DNA of 56,122 nucleotides. Source: Patescibacteria group bacterium (lineage in GTDB: Bacteria > Patescibacteriota > Minisyncoccia > Phycocordibacterales > Phycocordibacteraceae). Made by a program: the position numbers and the translations under genes. Where the stretch lies: the NCBI GenBank assembly GCA_018971045.1, contig JAGWVF010000007.1, positions 1 through 56,122 on the forward strand. The letters are read 5' to 3'. The notes under the pieces were generated by a model. It was not told where the DNA came from. It saw only the letters and a program-made list of their open reading frames with translations, and searched no databases. Positions 28,662-36,656 of the stretch are shown here, piece by piece (position 1 is the first letter of the stretch; each line of letters opens with the position of its first letter).

Positions 28662-29804
28662 TTATGAGATTCGTTCGCGAATAAATTGTAAGACGCGTCC
28701 GGAACGGGCGTCCCACGCGTACCGTGCGGCTGTTTCTTTCGCCCGCGCGGCGAGGCGTTCGCCGCGCAAGGGGTCGGCGAGGAGATCGGCAACGGCGCGA
28801 GCAAGCGCGGAAGCGTCTCCGGGCGGAACGAAAACCGCCGTGTCATCAGACAGCACCGACCGGATTGTCGGGAGATCGCTCGACACGATCGGCCGTCCGC
28901 TCGCCATATACTCGAACATCTTAACGGGCGACATATCGCTGCGGAAATGGGGCGTGTCAGGAAACGGCATTACGAGAACGTCCGCCGCCTGCTGGTATAC
29001 CGCGAGCTCGCGCTGAGGCATAAATCCGCGAAGAACGGCTCTGTCCGCGACACCGTACTCGCGCGCGATCTCCGCGTAGCGGGCGCATTCTTTTTCCGAA
29101 CCGCCCGCGGCGACGCCGATCGCGTCGATCTCTCGAAGCGCCTTCAGGAGCGTCCGCAAACCCTTCTCCTCCCCCATCGTCATAAAGTTGCCGGTATACG
29201 CGACGAGCGCGCGGCCGCGCGGCAGATCGAGACGCGTTCGCGCCTCTTCACGCGGCAGGGTGATGGCAAAGGTGGCGAGATCGACACCGCTTGGTTCTAC
29301 CGTCATGCGGGATTCCGGGATTCCGAGACGCGCCAGTTTCTCTTTCAGAAACGGGGAGATGACCACGAGACCTCGCGCGAGGCGGGCGAGAGCCGCGTAC
29401 CCGAGCGATTTTCCGAAGACATGATGAATCTCGAGAATGACCGGAAAGCCGAGAAGAGCGAGAGGCGTAAGCGCTACCTCGCGGGTATAGAGCACGGTAT
29501 CTTTCCGCGAACGAACGAGAAGGCGGGATGCGGCGCCGAGGAAAAAGAGAAACGTTGCCGCCCGAGACGCTAGCGCGCCGTGCGTGTAGAGCCGCTCGAT
29601 CGCCGGAACCGTCTCGATTCGAAACGATCGATCGATGCCGTAGGCGGCGAAGGCGTCGCCGCGAATCGTCGTCGATCGGCGCGGCACGATAAGCGTTACG
29701 TCGAGCCCCGCGCGGGCGAACGCCTCGCACGCGCGCATAATCGCAATGCCGTGAGCCTTCTCCGTCGGGAGCCGGATATTCGCGAGGTAGAGAAGACGCT
29801 TCAT
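28662..29804 (-). CDS. Glycosyltransferase family 4
   Basis: The start is taken at MKRLLYLANIRLPTEKAHG (ATGA overlap with the upstream stop at 29801-29804). The ORF track start is 29900. The C-terminal GT1 pattern is present (PFPDTPHFRSDMSPVKMFEYMASGRPIVSS). Confidence 0.88.
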   Translation of the reverse strand: MKRLLYLANIRLPTEKAHGIAIMRACEAFARAGLDVTLIVPRRSTTIRGDAFAAYGIDRSFRIETVPAIERLYTHGALASRAATFLFFLGAASRLLVRSRKDTVLYTREVALTPLALLGFPVILEIHHVFGKSLGYAALARLARGLVVISPFLKEKLARLGIPESRMTVEPSGVDLATFAITLPREEARTRLDLPRGRALVAYTGNFMTMGEEKGLRTLLKALREIDAIGVAAGGSEKECARYAEIAREYGVADRAVLRGFMPQRELAVYQQAADVLVMPFPDTPHFRSDMSPVKMFEYMASGRPIVSSDLPTIRSVLSDDTAVFVPPGDASALARAVADLLADPLRGERLAARAKETAARYAWDARSGRVLQFIRERIS

Positions 29805-30436
29805 ACGGACGGCTCGGCGACCACGACCAGAGTTTCTATGAATCGCGGAGTGAATCGGGAACAGAGCCGGTAGATCCCGTTTAACGCTTTCTTTTTCCAA
29901 CTTTCTCGATGCAGTTTCCCGAGTGAGTAGATCCAGCCGGTCTCGCGCACGCGCCAGCCGTTCTTTTGGAGCAACTGCCGAAGCGTTTTATCGTTGAAGT
30001 AACAGGTGTGGTCGGGATTTACCGTCGGCTCCCCTTTTGAAAACTTCTCCGCGATATTGAAGAGATTAAACGCGTTCGGCGTCGAGAGGATTAAGCGGCC
30101 GCCAGGCATAAGATGCCGCCGCGCGCTCTCGAGGAAGAGACCGGGATTGGAAAGGTGTTCGATAAGGTCGCCAGCAAAAATGACATCGAATTTCTTCGGG
30201 AGCGAGAACGATTCGGCGCTTGCGCGCGCATAGTGCGCTTCATCTCCCGGGACCCTCTGCTCGTCATAGTCACGATCGATGCCCCACGTCTCTTTCGCGC
30301 GGGCGCGCAGAAGCGCGTGCACCCAATCCGGAGAATCGGCTCCGGTCCCTTGGCCCCAGAAGCCGACGTCGAGCACGGTATCCTTTTCGGACACTAGCGC
30401 CGCGATCAGCTCTTTTTTATTTTTAAAGACGGTCAT
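29801..30436 (-). CDS. Class I SAM-dependent methyltransferase
   Basis: 211 aa. VLDVGFWGQG...FDVIFAGDLIEHLSNP...GGRLILSTPN. Confidence 0.85.
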   Translation of the reverse strand: MTVFKNKKELIAALVSEKDTVLDVGFWGQGTGADSPDWVHALLRARAKETWGIDRDYDEQRVPGDEAHYARASAESFSLPKKFDVIFAGDLIEHLSNPGLFLESARRHLMPGGRLILSTPNAFNLFNIAEKFSKGEPTVNPDHTCYFNDKTLRQLLQKNGWRVRETGWIYSLGKLHRESWKKKALNGIYRLCSRFTPRFIETLVVVAEPSV

Positions 30437-30446
30437 AGCGATCGGT

Positions 30447-31475
30447 TCATAGGTGCGATAATTCTCTCTCCAATTCGTCGGCGAGGCGCGCGAGGCTGTG
30501 ATGCTCTACCACCGCCGATCGCTCGACCGCTCCAAGCGCGGCATACGCCGACTCCGGGAGTTCAAGCATCGCCGCGAGCGTTTTCGAGAGCGCCGCCGCA
30601 TCGTCCTGCGGCACCACCCACGCGCGCGGTACGAGATCTTCATATCCGGCTCCGCCGACGATAACCGGCGTTTCGCATGCCATTGCCTCGAAGACGCTTT
30701 TGTCGAAATGCCCTGATCCGGCGAGATTCAAGGCCGCTCCGCAGGACGCATAAAGCTCCGGGGTATCGGTATTTCGTTTCGGCCCGAGGAATACTGCCGC
30801 GCCGTCTCTGAAGAGATCGGCGAAGCGCGCACGCAGATCCTTCCCGTATTCAGGGTCCTCGGGGCCGACGATAGTGAGCGTCGCCGGCAGATGAGTCCGA
30901 AGCAGTCGCAACGCTTCAAGAGCGACATGGACGCGCTTCGACGGCATGACGCGCCCCTGCATATAGATTGTTCGCCGATGTCGCTCGGCGCGGCGCGGCG
31001 CGAACTGCCACGTATCGATACCCACGGGCATACGTTTTGATTTTTTAAAAGGCGCGGTCGCGGCGTGCGGCGAGGTATAGAACACGCGATGAGCGAAGAA
31101 TGACGCGATCATGAGCCGCGCGCCGCCTTTCGGGTGATTGTACCAAAACGCGATTTTCTTCCCGAGAACGCGCCAGAGAGGGCCCGCCACGAGAAGATAC
31201 TCTGGGTTCATATGGACGAGCACGGTGTCATACGCATGACGCAGCTTCCACGCATGCCACTTAAAACGAAGCGCCGTTATGAGCCGCGGGCGGCGACCGT
31301 TCTCTCCTCCGAGCGAGTGCACCCGCACCGTGTCGGGGAGAGAATCGGCGCCGCGGCGCAGACAAATGACCTCGACCCGCTCGACGCGCGCGGCGATCTC
31401 TTCAATCCATCGCACAAAAAAGCCGAGGATCGGATCGGCGCTGTCAACGGCCTGAGTAACGATGAGGAGTTTCAT
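30447..31475 (-). CDS. Glycosyltransferase family 4
   Basis: 342 aa. MKLLIVTQAVD... with a C-terminal GT1 pattern (GHFDKSVFEAMACETPVIV). Confidence 0.85.
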   Translation of the reverse strand: MKLLIVTQAVDSADPILGFFVRWIEEIAARVERVEVICLRRGADSLPDTVRVHSLGGENGRRPRLITALRFKWHAWKLRHAYDTVLVHMNPEYLLVAGPLWRVLGKKIAFWYNHPKGGARLMIASFFAHRVFYTSPHAATAPFKKSKRMPVGIDTWQFAPRRAERHRRTIYMQGRVMPSKRVHVALEALRLLRTHLPATLTIVGPEDPEYGKDLRARFADLFRDGAAVFLGPKRNTDTPELYASCGAALNLAGSGHFDKSVFEAMACETPVIVGGAGYEDLVPRAWVVPQDDAAALSKTLAAMLELPESAYAALGAVERSAVVEHHSLARLADELERELSHL

Positions 31476-32473
31476 TGCCGGGGTTCGCGAAGCGAGAGAA
31501 GAAAACGCTCGTTCTCGCGAAACCAGTCAACGAATTCCGATATTCCGGCTTCGATGCCGATTGCGGGCGTAAATCCAAAATCAGCGCGAGCCTTCGACCA
31601 ATCGGCGACCGACTCGCGCACGTCCCCCGATTGCATCGGCAAGAGCCGCCGTACCGCCTTCTTCCCTGTCGCCCGCTCGATCTGCCCGATGAACTCGAGG
31701 AGCGGGATCGTTTCGGCGCCTCCCAGATTATACAGCTTGTAACGGCCGCGCGATGGTTTCGCGAGAATGCCGAGAATACCGGCTACGATATCCGAAACGT
31801 GCGTAAAACTCCGGAGCATCCTCCCGCGATTATAGACGTCGATCGGCGCGCCGATTAGAATATTCTTCGCGAATTTGAAAAGAGCCATGTCCGGACGCCC
31901 CCATGTTCCGTATACGGTAAAGAAACGCAGGCCGATGCATTCGATGCCGTAAAGATGATGGTAGGAGTGGGCAAGCGCCTCATTCGCCTTCTTGGTCGCG
32001 GCATAGATCGACATGGGACTGTCAGTTCGATCATCTTCGCTCATCGGAGACTTCGTATTGGTACCGTAAACCGAGCTTGACGACGCAAAGAGCACGCGCG
32101 AGAATGCGAGCCGTTTCGCCGCTTCGAAAATATTGAGAGTTCCGAGCTCGTTCGATTCCAAATAAGACCACGGGTCGGAAAGCGAGTGGCGCACGCCCGC
32201 TTGCGCGGCGAGATGTACGATCTCGTCAGGCTTCTCTGTCTTCAGAATTTTCTCGACCGCCGCGTAGCGCGCAATATTCACTTTATAGAAACGAAATGCG
32301 GCATTCTTCTTCAGGAGCGCGAGACGCTTCCGTTTGATGCGCGGATCATAGTAGTCGTTCATCGAATCAATACCGATCACGCGCCATCCGCGCTCCAGGA
32401 GCGCCTGCGAAAGATGGAGCCCGATGAATCCAGCCGCGCCCGTAACGACAATTTTCTTAGATTTCTTTTTCAT
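31472..32473 (-). CDS. NAD-dependent nucleotide-sugar epimerase (UDP-glucuronate 4-epimerase-like SDR)
   Basis: 333 aa. VVTGAAGFIGLHL, SSSSVYG, SIYAATKKANE, RFFTVYGTWGRPDMA. Confidence 0.88.
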   Translation of the reverse strand: MKKKSKKIVVTGAAGFIGLHLSQALLERGWRVIGIDSMNDYYDPRIKRKRLALLKKNAAFRFYKVNIARYAAVEKILKTEKPDEIVHLAAQAGVRHSLSDPWSYLESNELGTLNIFEAAKRLAFSRVLFASSSSVYGTNTKSPMSEDDRTDSPMSIYAATKKANEALAHSYHHLYGIECIGLRFFTVYGTWGRPDMALFKFAKNILIGAPIDVYNRGRMLRSFTHVSDIVAGILGILAKPSRGRYKLYNLGGAETIPLLEFIGQIERATGKKAVRRLLPMQSGDVRESVADWSKARADFGFTPAIGIEAGISEFVDWFRENERFLLSLREPRQ

Positions 32474-33396
32474 ATGCGATTACCATACACCCCTCTTAGA
32501 AGAGCGACGTCTTTCCCGCTTTTCGTTAGCAATTCGATGTTCTTCACTTCAATCGCTTCAAGCATCGAGATACCGAGCGCATCGTCCGGAAGCGTATCAC
32601 GGTAGAGGCGTGTAAAGGCTGCAAAATCTTTGATAAAGCAATGTCCACCCGCACCTCGCCCCCCTTTCACCATCTGCGTGTCCCGCCCCGTGGCGGTCTG
32701 GTAATCGTCGCCACCGACCGTGCCGCTCGCATGAACCGGCAATAGGTGGCTTGAGCCGATACGCGAGTCGGCGGCCATGGCATTCCTGATAACGGCATAG
32801 TCGCACCCGTCATGTTCCGCCAGATCATACAGCGCGTTCACAAAGAGTATTTTAAAATAGAACCAGATATTCCCACCATATTTAATGTACTCCGCCTCGC
32901 GCGAACGGCAGATTTGAGAGAAGGGAGCATGGGGAAGTATGCTTAGGACATGTTCCGCGGCCTCTCGGTGCGCCGCGTCATCCGAGGCCACCCCGATGAT
33001 CGTTCGATTCGGGTGCGCCGCGTCGCGCGCCGCAGTCGCCTCTGTAAGAAATTCCGGCGACATAAGAATAATGAGGGCGGGATGTTCGCTTTGGAGCCTC
33101 TCGGTCGTCCCGGGCAATACCGTTGACTTGATGACCGCGATCTTTCCCTCGCCGACGCACGAGAGCGCCTCCTCAACGATAGAGGAATCGAATCCTTCCG
33201 GCGTTGTCGGCGTTGGGACGGCGATAAATACGATGTCGCAATCCCGTATCTGTTCCTTATTGCCGGCATAGGCGGGCTCGAGCGAATAGCGAACGACCGC
33301 GTACCCGCGCCGCTCAAAATCATTGGCGTAATTCTTGCCGATGTACCCTTGCCCTATGAATCCGATACGGGGCCTTTCGTTCGTTTGCGGCATCAT
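32470..33396 (-). CDS. Short UDP-glucose/GDP-mannose dehydrogenase-family protein lacking the usual C-terminal domain
   Basis: The start is taken at MMPQTNERPRIGFIGQGYIG; the ORF track start is 33456. It has an NAD-binding fold, the central domain and a catalytic-Cys-like GGHCFIKD. It ends about 40 aa after this motif. Confidence 0.78.
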   Translation of the reverse strand: MMPQTNERPRIGFIGQGYIGKNYANDFERRGYAVVRYSLEPAYAGNKEQIRDCDIVFIAVPTPTTPEGFDSSIVEEALSCVGEGKIAVIKSTVLPGTTERLQSEHPALIILMSPEFLTEATAARDAAHPNRTIIGVASDDAAHREAAEHVLSILPHAPFSQICRSREAEYIKYGGNIWFYFKILFVNALYDLAEHDGCDYAVIRNAMAADSRIGSSHLLPVHASGTVGGDDYQTATGRDTQMVKGGRGAGGHCFIKDFAAFTRLYRDTLPDDALGISMLEAIEVKNIELLTKSGKDVALLRGVYGNRI

Positions 33397-33434
33397 ACGA
33401 TTATCAGGTACAACAGCGGGACAGGAACCGAAGG

Positions 33435-34436
33435 TTACGCGAGCGATTCTCGCCACTTCTTTGTCCAGTTCTCGGCGCCCGGAATCTCGAGGAGGAGCCG
33501 GCCTCGCCGCCCGGATCGCAGGACTTCGCTCACGCTCGCGGCGATATGAGCGCGCGGAACGACGATCGCCCCCGCCTCCCTCGCGACGCCAACGTCAGGA
33601 GCGACCACCGGAATGCCTGCCGCCAAAGACTCCACGATGCTCGCGCCGTAGCTCTCGCGGAGCGAAGTAACCGCCACGACATCGGCCGCCGCGAGATACG
33701 GCTTCGGATCCTGCCATCCCGGAAACTCAACCTGCGCGCCGAACTCCTTCGCTTCTGCGCGCAACTGTTTCTCGAGGCTTCCGGCGCCGAGAAGAATAAG
33801 CCCCGCGTCGATACCCGTCGCGCGCACGGCTTCAAGGATGCGGAGTGCGCCAAGCGGATTTTTTTCCGGTTCAAATCGTCCGATCCACAGAATAGTCTTC
33901 GCGAACCGCGCGTGCGCATGATGCTCGATCGCTCGAAAGGGTTCGAGATCGATAAACATCGGCAGTACGGTGATCGGCGCCGCTAAACGTCGGGGCGCCA
34001 GATCGCGGCGTATCTTTTCTGATACGACTCGGATCGTGTTCGCGCGGCGGAGCACGTGGAATGCGATATACCTCCGCCAGAGAGGCTCCATCGCGAGATC
34101 CGTGTGGATCTGTATATTGATGGCCGCCGCCGTTCCCCGCGCCGCATAAATAGCCGACAGGCCGTAGGCGAATGGATCTTGCGCGGAGACGACGTCGATG
34201 CGGTACGCGAGAATGAGCGCGCGAGCGCGTCTCGCCAGTCTCTGGATCCGCGCCAGCTTCCCTCCTGAAACCGGATGCAGGAAGAGATTTCCTTCCTGCG
34301 TGTCCGGAGTTCCCGAGGGAGCCGGCAAGACGATATGCAATTCTTCAACCGCCGTCGCGTACAGCCGCATACGCTCACGCGTCCGACTCGCGGCGGCAAG
34401 GAGCGTAGGATCCGATCCGATCGTCAAGACGCGCAT
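33435..34436 (-). CDS. Glycosyltransferase family 4
   Basis: The start is taken at MRVLTIGSDP; the ORF track start is 34517. GT1 C-domain pattern present (SLRESYGASIVESLAAGIPVVAPDVG). Confidence 0.85.
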   Translation of the reverse strand: MRVLTIGSDPTLLAAASRTRERMRLYATAVEELHIVLPAPSGTPDTQEGNLFLHPVSGGKLARIQRLARRARALILAYRIDVVSAQDPFAYGLSAIYAARGTAAAINIQIHTDLAMEPLWRRYIAFHVLRRANTIRVVSEKIRRDLAPRRLAAPITVLPMFIDLEPFRAIEHHAHARFAKTILWIGRFEPEKNPLGALRILEAVRATGIDAGLILLGAGSLEKQLRAEAKEFGAQVEFPGWQDPKPYLAAADVVAVTSLRESYGASIVESLAAGIPVVAPDVGVAREAGAIVVPRAHIAASVSEVLRSGRRGRLLLEIPGAENWTKKWRESLA

Positions 34437-35434
34437 AGCGTGGTAAGGAGCGCGAGAAATTCTTGCGCTACCGCCTCCCAGGAATGGATGAAAGAGAACG
34501 CCTGAACGCGCGCGCACGCGCGCGCATAGGCGTCAGGATCGAGAAGCGTCAGAATCGCGCTTTGCAGAGAATCGGCCCGAAGCGTATCGACAAAGATTCC
34601 GCAGTCGGCTAATCGTTCTTTCGCGCCGGTATCGGCGGTAAGAATAAACGGTTTGCCGTGGCGAAGCGCGTCGATCGCGTTATTCGGGCTCACTTCGCTC
34701 ACCGACGGGATCACCATCGCGTACGCGCCGCGCAGGCGCGCGTCGTGCGCTTCAGGTGGCAACGTGCGCGTATCGAGCTCGATGTCAGGGAATCGATGCT
34801 TGAGTTCCGCGATAACCGACTCGAGCATCGGTATGTTTTTGAGTTTTCGACTCCGGCCGACCGCGACGAACACCCGGCCGTTCGCCGGCGCGGCGGTACG
34901 CTCGGCAGGATACGCATTCTCGATGATAGACGCCTTGTCCGAAGGAAACCGATACGCGCGCTCCCAGAGCCGCTTCTGCCACGCCGTCGTGAATACCAAG
35001 AAGTCGACGCGCCGTATGAACCAGCGCGTCCCGTACGCGATCAATCGTTCTTTGAGCGAGTACTTCCGTTCGCTCGCGTAGAAGTCGGAGAGCTTCACCA
35101 AATCGCCCGTGCGTTCCACGTACGTTTCCCAGAGCACGTCGCCGCCGATGCGCGCCATCGTCTTCACTCTCCGCAACCGCGCGGCGCAGAGCGCCGGAAC
35201 GCCGGTGCTCCACGCGTCGAAGACGAGCACCGCGTCCGCGCCGCGCGCGGCGCGGACGACTCGGCAGAAATATAGAAGATGCCGCAAACCCTTTGGGACA
35301 GAATGAAGGTCGGAAAACGAGACGAGCGTTACCGCGTGTCCTGCGGATAGAAAATGATCGTAGAGTTCTCGAGCATAGATCGCCGGGCCGCCGATATCCG
35401 GCGGATACAAGGGGGTCGCGATGACGAGCTTCAT
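34424..35434 (-). CDS. Glycosyltransferase, GT-B (GT4-like)
   Basis: The start is taken at MKLVIATPLYPPDIGGPAIYA; the ORF track start is 35512. Confidence 0.8.
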   Translation of the reverse strand: MKLVIATPLYPPDIGGPAIYARELYDHFLSAGHAVTLVSFSDLHSVPKGLRHLLYFCRVVRAARGADAVLVFDAWSTGVPALCAARLRRVKTMARIGGDVLWETYVERTGDLVKLSDFYASERKYSLKERLIAYGTRWFIRRVDFLVFTTAWQKRLWERAYRFPSDKASIIENAYPAERTAAPANGRVFVAVGRSRKLKNIPMLESVIAELKHRFPDIELDTRTLPPEAHDARLRGAYAMVIPSVSEVSPNNAIDALRHGKPFILTADTGAKERLADCGIFVDTLRADSLQSAILTLLDPDAYARACARVQAFSFIHSWEAVAQEFLALLTTLCAS

Positions 35435-35441
35435 GGCGCGG

Positions 35442-36656
35442 TTATTGTACCGTTTGTTCGAATAAACGGTCGAGGGCCGCGCGCATCTGTCCCGCGACGC
35501 GATCCCAGTCATACTTTTCGATCGCCATCTTCTGCGCCGTTGCCGCCACCTTTTTCGCCTGTTCGGGGTGCGCGAGAATATGCTTCACCGTATCCGCGAT
35601 CTGTTCCGGGGAATTCTTGTCAACCGCCCATCCGGTCGCCCACATGTCCGGATTACGCTTCGCATCGAATAAAAAATCGGAAATGCCGCCTTCTTGCGTC
35701 GCGATGATCGGCAGTCCGGCCGCCATCGCCTCAATAAATGAATTGCCCATACCTTCTGAGCGGCTCGGGCGAATGAAAATATCGCATGCCTTCAGAGCGA
35801 GCGGCATCTCGGCGTGGCTGATCTGGCCCATGAAATGAACTCGGCTTTCGACCCCGGACTTGCGCGTCAGTTCCCGAAGCAGAGCTTCGTCCGGCCCGAT
35901 GCCGTAAACGATAAAATGCACCGCGTCAGGCAGGAGAGAAAGCGCGCGGATCACGTCGTCGATTGCATTCTTCCTGACCAAGCGAGACGTGGTTACCAGA
36001 TACGTATCGCCCTCTTTCTTCCCCGCTTTCGCGCGTGCCGCGAGCTTCTCGTCCTCAGAAAATGTTTGCGCGAAGTGTTTTATATCGACCGCGTTCGGCA
36101 CTAAGATCGGCTCTCCGGCAAAACCGCGCCGTTTCGCCCACGTCCCCAAGAATGTCGAGATGACAAATGCGACATCCGCCTTGGTGAAGGCCCTCGAGAA
36201 CAACGGCCGCAACGGCCGCATAAGCCGCTCGATATATTCTGGCGGATCACCCTCTTGTAATTCGAGAATAAACGGGGTATGCGGATGAAAGAATTTGAAG
36301 ATCGCTCCCGGAACGCCGCACGAATGAGCCATCATCACCCACAGGGCGTCGTAGCGATATCGCCTGTTGAGGCGAAACGCCTTAGCCGCCGCGGCAAACT
36401 GGAACCAGTATTTATTGTAATGCAACGGAAACTTCCTGAGATCCGCCATGGTCGGATCCGGCCGCGCGAAGCCGATACGGTGCACGAGCACGTTGCCGAC
36501 CTGCTCGACCTTCGGCAGCGTCGAATCGTAACGTAATGTGATCATATGGAACTCGATATCGGGCATGCGATCGGTCTTCTCCTTGATCGCTACTTCCGCG
36601 CCGCCGACATATCGTGGAAAATAAGAGAGCGAAAAGATGAGGATTTTCTTTTTCAT
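35442..36656 (-). CDS. Glycosyltransferase family 4
   Basis: 404 aa. MKKKILIFSLSYFPRYVGGAEV...RPSRSEGMGNSFIEAMAAGLPIIAT. Confidence 0.9.
   Translation of the reverse strand: MKKKILIFSLSYFPRYVGGAEVAIKEKTDRMPDIEFHMITLRYDSTLPKVEQVGNVLVHRIGFARPDPTMADLRKFPLHYNKYWFQFAAAAKAFRLNRRYRYDALWVMMAHSCGVPGAIFKFFHPHTPFILELQEGDPPEYIERLMRPLRPLFSRAFTKADVAFVISTFLGTWAKRRGFAGEPILVPNAVDIKHFAQTFSEDEKLAARAKAGKKEGDTYLVTTSRLVRKNAIDDVIRALSLLPDAVHFIVYGIGPDEALLRELTRKSGVESRVHFMGQISHAEMPLALKACDIFIRPSRSEGMGNSFIEAMAAGLPIIATQEGGISDFLFDAKRNPDMWATGWAVDKNSPEQIADTVKHILAHPEQAKKVAATAQKMAIEKYDWDRVAGQMRAALDRLFEQTVQ

Noticed and set aside
29801-29804. Possible alternative genetic code (UGA recoding, as in some CPR lineages)
   Set aside because: UGA is used as the stop in several ATGA overlaps (29801, 31472, 32470, 36653, 51836), and well-conserved proteins end at TGA with normal lengths. 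The standard code 11 fits.
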